Source: an uncultured Gammaproteobacteria bacterium
GTDB lineage: Bacteria; Pseudomonadota; Gammaproteobacteria; UBA9214
Assembly (NCBI GenBank): GCA_963827755.1
Contig: CAWHCQ010000004.1
Span: forward strand, 1 to 64,000
Reading direction: 5' to 3'
Length of the DNA: 64,000 nt
Position 1 is the first letter of the stretch, and each line of letters opens with the position of its first letter. The notes below the pieces were generated by a model that had not been told where the DNA came from, searched no databases, and was given only the letters and a program-made list of their open reading frames with translations. The position numbers were made by a program, and so were the translations under genes. Positions 57,044 through 64,000 of this stretch are shown here, piece after piece.

Positions 57044-58489
57044 TTATTCTAATTTTTCTGCCTCGAGGACGTTCTGCAGGTTCTTGATACCCGCTTGTAA
57101 ACCTGCAGTCTGGTAATCGCTGAGGCCTTTTTGTTTTTCTGCAAGTTTCAGCTGTTCTATTGCCTGTTTTGTATAGCCGTTGAGAAAATAATATTGCGAC
57201 ATAGCCGTATGTGTCTGGATGTTTCTGCCGGTTGCGCCCGCGGCCCGGGCAAGTAATTTATACATCTCCGGGTTGAGAGGATGCTTGTTGCTGCCGTCGG
57301 CAAGCAGTCTGAATGCCTTTTCAGCCTGGCCTGCGGACAGCAGGGTAGTGGCATAGGGCAGGATAATCTTCGGGCTGTCCGGATAGAGCGCAAGGCTGGA
57401 CGCGTAAATATCCAGTGCCGGTTCGAATTGTTTGCCCTGGTGCAGGATGCCGGCAAGTGACAGTCGATAGGCGATGCGGTCCGGGTCACTTTTATGCAGC
57501 TGTTCGAGTACTTTGCTGGCTTCTTCGGGTTTATTGTCCGCCGCAAGCAGCAGTGCAAATTCATAGCGCTCGACGGCTGTGTCACCGCCGCTATTGCCTT
57601 TATAGCGACGCACGTCGGCGAGCACCTGGCTGGCGTTATCGTAGCTGTCGACTCGCAGTTTTGCCTGTAACAGCAGGAAATCCGGGTCTGGCGCAGTATC
57701 AACCTTGGGATAGCTGGCCGCGCGTGAGATTGCTTCGGAAATCCGGTTGGTGGTAACCGGATGGGTGCTGAGAAATTCCGGTGGCCGGGCGCCATAGAGC
57801 CTGGAACTTTTCTGCAGGCGTTCAAAAAAACCGGCCATGCCGTACGGGTCGAAATCCGCATTCGCGAGCGTCTGGATACCGATGCGGTCGGCCTCCTGTT
57901 CGTTAGCACGGGTGAAATTGATCTGATATTGCAGACTGGCCGCGGATGCTGCGGTCAGCGCTGCCGCACCTGCCTCGCCATTCTGTGATCCGATAAGCAA
58001 AGCCGCTGCGAGGACGGCCAGGCTGGGTATGCTCATTTTGTCGGCAGCCTCAAACGACCGTGCGAGGTGGCGCTGGGTGACATGTGCGATTTCGTGGGCA
58101 AGGACGCCGGCAAGTTCGCTTTCGGATTTGGCGGCCAGGACCAGCCCGGTATTCACCCCGATGTGGCCCGCGGGGCCTGCGAAGGCGTTAATCCCGGAAT
58201 CGTTGATCAGGAAAAAGGTGAAGTCCGTTGTCGGGTTTTCGCTTCTTGCGACCAGCCGGCGGCCGAGGGCTTCCAGGTAGCTGCCGGCTTCCTGATCATC
58301 AAGTATCAACCCGGACTGGCGCAGCTCGCGCATGAAGGCGGCACCCAGTGCCTTGTCCTTTTGCGGCGATATAATACGGCCCGAGGCATCGCCAAGGCTG
58401 GGTAACTGGTCGGAATAGGTTTCGGCCGGGGCCGTTGCCGAGTAGATCAGTAGCAGGCTGCCAAGCAGTCCCCGGGAAAGTGGTTTCAT
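57044..58489 (-). CDS. bepA: M48 metalloprotease with TPRs (BepA/YfgC-like)
   Basis: LP.LG, INAFA.P.G.IGVNTGL, ESELAGVLAHEIAHVTQRH, FTRANEQEADRIG, PEFLSTHP. Confidence 0.9.
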   Translation of the reverse strand: MKPLSRGLLGSLLLIYSATAPAETYSDQLPSLGDASGRIISPQKDKALGAAFMRELRQSGLILDDQEAGSYLEALGRRLVARSENPTTDFTFFLINDSGINAFAGPAGHIGVNTGLVLAAKSESELAGVLAHEIAHVTQRHLARSFEAADKMSIPSLAVLAAALLIGSQNGEAGAAALTAASAASLQYQINFTRANEQEADRIGIQTLANADFDPYGMAGFFERLQKSSRLYGARPPEFLSTHPVTTNRISEAISRAASYPKVDTAPDPDFLLLQAKLRVDSYDNASQVLADVRRYKGNSGGDTAVERYEFALLLAADNKPEEASKVLEQLHKSDPDRIAYRLSLAGILHQGKQFEPALDIYASSLALYPDSPKIILPYATTLLSAGQAEKAFRLLADGSNKHPLNPEMYKLLARAAGATGRNIQTHTAMSQYYFLNGYTKQAIEQLKLAEKQKGLSDYQTAGLQAGIKNLQNVLEAEKLE

Positions 58490-58711
58490 AACGTGAGTGA
58501 TTGATATATTTACAATTAAAGCAACTAAGACAGGGAATCAACGCCCGGGTTCAACCTGAATGCGGGTGTTTTGCATACCTCCCCCTACAGGGGGCTTGCC
58601 TTACGGGGTGTGTTATCATAACGTCTTCCACGCATTATAAAATGTATTTCATCAGGATCCGTGCGATCGGGTCTTTAAAAGGCTGTAAATTTTAATATTA
58701 GGAGAGACGTA

Positions 58712-58942
58712 ATGGCGGATTTTGATGACGAACTTGACGCGACGGGCCTGAATTGCCCGCTGCCTATTTTACGAGCAAAGAAGGCCCTGAATAATCTGGA
58801 GACGGGCAAGATATTACACATCATTGCGACCGACCCGGGTTCGGTCAAGGACTTCGAGGCTTTCGCCAAGCAGACAGGCAATGAACTGATGTCATCTTCT
58901 GAAGAAGACGGAAAATTCATGTTCCTGATGAAGAAGGGCTGA
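58712..58942 (+). CDS. tusA: Sulfur carrier TusA
   Basis: LDATGLNCPLPILRAKKAL, ATDPGSVKDF..F; AGGAG RBS. Confidence 0.95.
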   Translation: MADFDDELDATGLNCPLPILRAKKALNNLETGKILHIIATDPGSVKDFEAFAKQTGNELMSSSEEDGKFMFLMKKG

Positions 58943-58970
58943 TACAGCCTGAAATTACAGGATTTTGGAC

Positions 58971-59005
58971 ATAAAAAACCCCGGTCAATGACCGGGGTTT
59001 TTTAT
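58971..59005. terminator. Bidirectional intrinsic terminator
   Basis: ATAAAAAACCCCGGTCA-A-TGACCGGGGTTTTTTAT. Confidence 0.9.
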
Positions 59006-59026
59006 TGTCCGGGTGTTTTGTCCGGC

Positions 59027-60425
59027 TTATCTGAACTTCCAGTTAAACCCGGCACTGAAGATATCGACCGCGGCATCGTATTTCGCATTCAGTGCATGGG
59101 TGCCGGTCAGGCCTGACGGGAAACGGTGCCGTCGGGTCATGGGCATCGGCGGTACCGCTGAGTTTCGGATCATCGACAAACAGGTGTGCATAGCCAAAGT
59201 CAAAGCTGATCTCCGGGGTGTACTTGTAGGTGGCGCCGAATGTCAGCCAGGTGCGGTCGTTGTCCGGGACGCGCGGGGTGCGCAGGGTTGAATTCGGAAC
59301 CGGTGTTTCATCAAGGGCCAGGCCGCCGCGGAAGATCCAGTTCCGGTTATGGGTATATTCGGCACCCACGGCAAACCGGGTGGTGTCTTCCCAGTTCAGC
59401 GGGGTCACGCTGAGTGAGCCATCGGCAAACTCTACCACCAGTGAATCCAGCTTGCTCCACTGGGTCCAGGTAACGTCTGCCATCACCGCCCATTGTGAAT
59501 TGATCCCGTGGTAGGCGCTGAGTGACAGGCTGTCCGGCAGGGTGACATCGAGACTTGGCATCCTGCTTTCTGTTACCAGCGGGCCGGAGATCTTGCTGCT
59601 CACCATCGAGTTCCAGCTCAATCTTGGAGCGGTAGTGCAGGCCAAGGCGGGTGTGGTCGGTCGGTTCCAGCAGTACACCCATGTTGAAGCCGAAGCCCCA
59701 GTCGTCGCCGGTAACTTTGCCTTGCTGTCAAACGTGCCGGTACCCAGCCCCGGAACCGGGTAGTGCTGGCTCCTCGCCAAGAAAATCTCCCAGGCCAACG
59801 TCGGCGGCCTGGGTCAGTTCACCGTCTGCATACATGGCGCTGACGCCAAAACCGACCGTTGCGTGCTCATCAATCTTGAAGGCAATGGACGGGTTCAGGT
59901 TATAGGTCAGCAATTCCGACTTGATGGCATGATAACGGCCGACCCAGTCATCGTCATACTCCGTCGTCAGTCCGAACGGTGCGAACACACCAATACCCAT
60001 CCAGATCCTGTCATTGTATTGATGGGAGATGTAGCCGCTCGGAACGGCGGCAATCAGGTCGGTATCGTCTTTTGTTTTACCCGTGATCGGCATCCCGCCA
60101 GGATAGGACCTGGTACCCAGCAATTGCAAGCGTTGTTCGGGTTGTAATAGCCGTCTGCCTCGACATCGGTATCGGCGCTGACGATTTGCAGGTTACCCGT
60201 AATCATTGAGCCGGGCAGGCGCGACATGCCGGCCGGGTTGAAGAAGATGGTGCTGGCATCATCGATGCCGGCCGACCCGATGGCGTAGGCGGTACCCATG
60301 CCGCTGACGCTTTGTTCAATCAAGGCAAAACCGGATGCAAAGGCGTTGGCGGATAGAAGCGATAAAAGCCCGGCAGTAGCGTATGCCTGGATAGCACGTA
60401 CAACTGGATGGTGTTTGGCCATCAT
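59027..60425 (-). pseudogene. fadL: FadL/OmpP1 family outer-membrane transporter, several frameshifts
   Basis: Fragments in different frames: ASGFALIEQS.SG.G.AYA, DDASTIFFNPAGM, PFGLTTEY..W.GRY, GLHYRS, RTPRVPD.DR.W, C-terminal FNWKFR. Confidence 0.85.
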
Positions 60426-60703
60426 CAGTCTCCTCTATTTGGCTGAATTATTTGGGGCGAAGACAGGGTAGCAGGCAGGACTTTGCGTGTTTCAAATGAC
60501 ATCGGATTTATCATCCCCCCAAAGATAATGTGAGCTCACACTACTTCACCTGAGGTAAAGAAACAACACCTGTTGTTGACAATGCCCTAAGCCTTTGACA
60601 CAGTTGCGGCACGTGCTGGTATTTTGATGTTGCATAAAAACAACCATCGGCATACAAGGGTATTTATTGATTCATACGATGTGCAAACCAGGGGGCGAGT
60701 AGT

Positions 60704-62194
60704 ATGAAGAAAATATTTCCGGGTGACTGAAAACCGCGTGCTGCTGCTTACCGCGCTGGTCTTTACATCAACCGCAATGGCAACCACCGGTTATTTCGGT
60801 CATCGGTTACGGTGCGAAGTCGATGGGCATGGCGGGGGCGACGGTCTCCAATCCGCAGGACTCCATTGCGGCTGCAACCAATCCTGCCGGCATGGCGCTG
60901 GTGGGTGAACGGGTCGATGTGAGCGTGCGTTTCTTCAGTCCCGAGAACGCAAAGCAGAACTGTAGACAACGGCCGCTGGGTGCCAGTTTTGATGTCAAGG
61001 ACAAGAGTCGCCGTGACCTGTTCATCATTCCAAACCTGGGTTTTACCCAACAGGCAAGGTAAATGACAAGCTGTGGTGGGGTATCAGTATCTACGGCAAC
61101 GGTGGCATGAACACGACCTATGACCGCAATCTTTATGACGAGGCCTTTGCCGTGGTGGTGCGTGCACAGCTTTGGCGTATCCCGTCCCGCCGGCGCCGGC
61201 ACCGTATCCCGCCAGGTCCGGCTGCGGCTGGCATTGTTCCGGCAAGGTACCTCTACCACGGATTTCGGGACTACCGGTATACCGAATGTCGGGACACTGG
61301 GTGTGGACCTTCTCCAGGCCCTGTTTGCCCCGACGATTTCCGTGAAGGTCAACGAGAAGCACACGCTCGGCGCTTCGCTTGTTGATTGGCGTGCAGCGTT
61401 TCAGTGCACGTGGCCTGGGTAACTTCCAGTGCTTCACCAACTCGGTCGCAACCAATCCGGCCAATCGGCCCAGGTCTGCAAGCTGCCCGGTGCGTTGCAG
61501 CCGTCCCATCCAATGGCTTGACCAATAACGACAGTGACTGGTCCTACGGTGCCGGTGTGCGGCTTGGCTGGATCGGTGACGTCAGCCCGCGGGTGACCCT
61601 GGGCCTGGCCGCGGCCAGCAAGGTCTACATGACCGAGTTCGATGACTATGATGAACTGTTTGCCGAGGACGGGGATTTCGATATCCCGGCCAATGTGCAC
61701 GGCGGGCATTACCTTCAAGGCAACACCGAAGCTGAACATTTCCTTCGACTTCCAGCGTATCTTTTACGAGGGGGTCAATTCCATCTCCAATGCCGGGCCA
61801 TCCGACACTCTCGGCACCGATCGACTACCGCCGGGCGGAGGTCCTGCTGGGTACGGGTAATGGCCTCGGCTTTGGCTGGGAAGACACCAATACCTACCGC
61901 CTGGCCGCGGACTACCGGCACAATGACCAGTGGACCTTGCGCGCCGGTGTCGCCATGCTTGACCAGCCGATACCGGATGACCAGGTGCTGTTCAATATCC
62001 TGGCACCGGCGGTGGTCGAAAAGCATGTCACGCTGGGCTTTACCTACCGCCCGAACAAGAGCAGTGAATGGAGCTTTGCCTACATGCATGCCTTCGAGGA
62101 AGAGGTTAAAAGCAACCTGACGGCCTTCGGGATTCCCGGGAGTATCCAGATGTACCAGAATTCAGTGGATATCGGTTACACGCTCAAGTTCTGA
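60704..62194 (+). pseudogene. FadL/TbuX/TodX-like outer-membrane transporter, many frameshifts
   Basis: Fragments: ATTGYF, GYGAKSMGMAG, NPAGM, YGNGGMNT.Y, LGVDL.Q, LFAE.GDFDIP, GFGWED, FNILAPAVV..H.TLG, C-terminal YTLKF. Confidence 0.85.
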
Positions 62195-62212
62195 GCATTG
62201 GCACCATGTCGT

Positions 62213-62245
62213 TAAAAAAGGCCGCGGAAACGCGGTCTTTTTTTA
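62213..62245. terminator. Bidirectional intrinsic terminator
   Basis: A6-GGCCGCG-GAAA-CGCGGTC-T7. Confidence 0.85.
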
Positions 62246-62328
62246 TGACCCGCAGGCCGATACCCGTCAGGATGATTGATCCCTGGAAGTTGACAACAGC
62301 TGACTGCGGACCGACAGCCGCTTGCGTG

Positions 62329-62880
62329 TTATTCCCTGACCGGACGCTTGGCAAGTTTTCGCTGCAGGGTGCGGCGGTGCATGTTGAGGGCGCGGGCGGC
62401 GGCAGAAATATTGCCCTCGTGTTCGGCCAGTACTTTCTGCAGGTGTTCCCATTCCAGTCGTTTTACCGAGAGCGGCTGTTCGGCAGGAGTGACGGAGGGA
62501 TCGCCTTCGATGCGCTGCAGTGCGGCAACGATTTCATCGGCAGTCGCCGGCTTGGTCAGGTAATGTACGGCACCGAGCTTGATGGATTCGACGGCCGTGG
62601 CGACGCTGGCATAACCGGTCAGCATCACAATGCGTGTATTTTCATCCAGGGCTGCGAGTTGCCTGACCAGTTCGAGTCCTGATTCGTTGCCGATACGCAG
62701 ATCCACCACGGCATATTCAGGGTCGATTTCCCTGGCCAGCTGTAATGCCGTTTCCAGGTTATGGGCAATCGACACGGCATAGTCCTGCCGCGTCAGTGCG
62801 TCACCCAGCACCTCGCAATAGACCTCGTCATCGTCAACCAGTAATAAGGACGGTTTGTCATGTGGTGTGCCTGCGGTCAT
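62329..62880 (-). CDS. regA: RegA/PrrA/ActR family redox response regulator
   Basis: VVDLR, LTGYASVATAVE.IKLGA..YL.KP, LEWEH.Q.VL....GNISA.AR.LNMHRRTLQRKLAKRP. Confidence 0.93.
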   Translation of the reverse strand: MTAGTPHDKPSLLLVDDDEVYCEVLGDALTRQDYAVSIAHNLETALQLAREIDPEYAVVDLRIGNESGLELVRQLAALDENTRIVMLTGYASVATAVESIKLGAVHYLTKPATADEIVAALQRIEGDPSVTPAEQPLSVKRLEWEHLQKVLAEHEGNISAAARALNMHRRTLQRKLAKRPVRE

Positions 62881-64000
62881 GGTTCAGTCCGGGTTCGTTC
62901 CTGTGAATGTGGTTCTGGTGCTGGTGGTGCGAGCAGGGGCAGGGTAATACGTACGGTTGTGCCGGCCCCGGTCCGGCTTTCTGCCAGCAGCGTGCCTCCC
63001 AGCCGCTGAATGGTTGCCTGTGCAAGGTACAGGCCAACACCAAGCCCCTCTGTCTTGGTGCTGACCGGTGTTTTTCCAAGCTGACTGTGTACCTCCCTGT
63101 TCAGTCCCGGTCCACGGTCGAATATTGCCAGTCTCAGTGCGGTTGCCGACCAGTCCGCTTCCAGTGTTACGTGATCCGGTGAGGCATCGGCGGCGTTATT
63201 CAGAAGATTGACCAGTGCCTGTGTCAGGGTACGCTCGGCGATGATTTCGCTGGCGGGGCCGGAGCGGTCTATAACTGACTCCAGTGTGGCCGCCTGCCCC
63301 TGGGTTTGCCATTGTGCAATGACCTCATCAAGATAACTGCCGACCGGCATGCGGTGGCCGGCTTCTGCGCGCCCGGCCCCGGCGGAGACGGAAATGACCG
63401 AGAGCGCTTCCTTGCAGCGCCTGATTTGCTCCTCCAGGATGCCAAGTTTTTTGTGCAGCTCGGGATGCGCTTCATCGGTGTATTGTTTTTCGAGTTCCGC
63501 AGTGAGGATTGCCATGGTGCCCAGCGGAGTACCCAGTTCGTGGGCCGCACCGGTTGCCAGTGTGCCCAGTGCGATCAGGCGTTCATTCTGCAGGGCGCTC
63601 TCGCGCGCCTCTGCGAGCTTGCGGTCGCGCTGTCGCAGGCTGTGTGCCATGCCGACAATAATGACGGCTACAATACCGGCGCTCATGACGAACCCCAGCC
63701 ACATGCCGAAGATATGCATCCGGAAGCCAGTCGCGTGGTGGGCGTGTTCGGTCCCGGGTGTGCCGATAAAGAACAGGGCCGAATAACTGGCTACGGTAAT
63801 GACCGCCATCATCCATGTATGGCTGCGCGGCAGAATGGTGGCGGCAATCATCAGTGGCAGCAGGTAAAACCATACAAACGGGTTGGATGCGCCACCCGTG
63901 AAAAAGAACACGCCGGTCAGCCCGGCGACGTCCAGCAACATTTGCACAAAGAGTTCACGGTCGCTAAATCGATGCCCGGTTTTCAGTCTGATCCAGGTGA
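62877..64000 (-). CDS. regB: RegB/PrrB family sensor kinase, 5-prime end outside window
   Basis: TGGASNPF quinone motif, H..GMW..F, AAHELGTPL.T, QI.RCK, NLLNNAADA, GLGVGL. Confidence 0.92.
   Translation of the reverse strand, partial: TWIRLKTGHRFSDRELFVQMLLDVAGLTGVFFFTGGASNPFVWFYLLPLMIAATILPRSHTWMMAVITVASYSALFFIGTPGTEHAHHATGFRMHIFGMWLGFVMSAGIVAVIIVGMAHSLRQRDRKLAEARESALQNERLIALGTLATGAAHELGTPLGTMAILTAELEKQYTDEAHPELHKKLGILEEQIRRCKEALSVISVSAGAGRAEAGHRMPVGSYLDEVIAQWQTQGQAATLESVIDRSGPASEIIAERTLTQALVNLLNNAADASPDHVTLEADWSATALRLAIFDRGPGLNREVHSQLGKTPVSTKTEGLGVGLYLAQATIQRLGGTLLAESRTGAGTTVRITLPLLAPPAPEPHSQERTRTEP

Noticed and set aside
60616-60634. Sigma54-like TGGTA...TTGCA upstream of the plus-strand porin
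   Set aside because: The GG-to-GC spacing is 2 bp longer than the strict -24/-12 requirement.
1-64000. tRNA, rRNA, integrase, transposase or prophage genes
   Set aside because: None was recognised by eye; small RNAs cannot be excluded without covariance-model searches.

Overview
Gene-dense, GC-rich bacterial window that looks like a sulfur-oxidizing gammaproteobacterium (inferred from the gene set). It holds a Sox locus with no soxCD in the window (soxKXYZA convergent with soxB), two YeeE/YedE transporters, two TusA proteins, a secreted tandem rhodanese, a DsrEFH-like trio, a TtrS/TtrR-like two-component system, RegBA and two FadL-family porins. The strongest candidate for an undescribed system is a co-oriented ~12 kb cluster (27945-40075). 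It interleaves a sulfur relay (rhodanese, YeeE, TusA, DsrE/F/H-like) with glycoconjugate-building enzymes (GT39, GT2, FAD oxidoreductase, B12 radical SAM, radical SAM/SPASM) and two small membrane proteins. The second candidate is a YeeE coupled to a small membrane-anchored acidic protein with four SPC heptad repeats and a His-motif protein (13854-15975). Also present: a glucose-salvage operon with a gluconokinase-gluconolactonase fusion bracketed by REP/MITE-like palindromes, an OmpA-domain coiled-coil protein with Pro/Gly/Tyr repeats, a PspA-membrane-VWA operon with a divergent TCS, an RND system, and several frameshifted genes (assembly error or decay). No rRNA, tRNA, CRISPR array or transposase was recognised. 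All family assignments come from motif recognition, not database searches.
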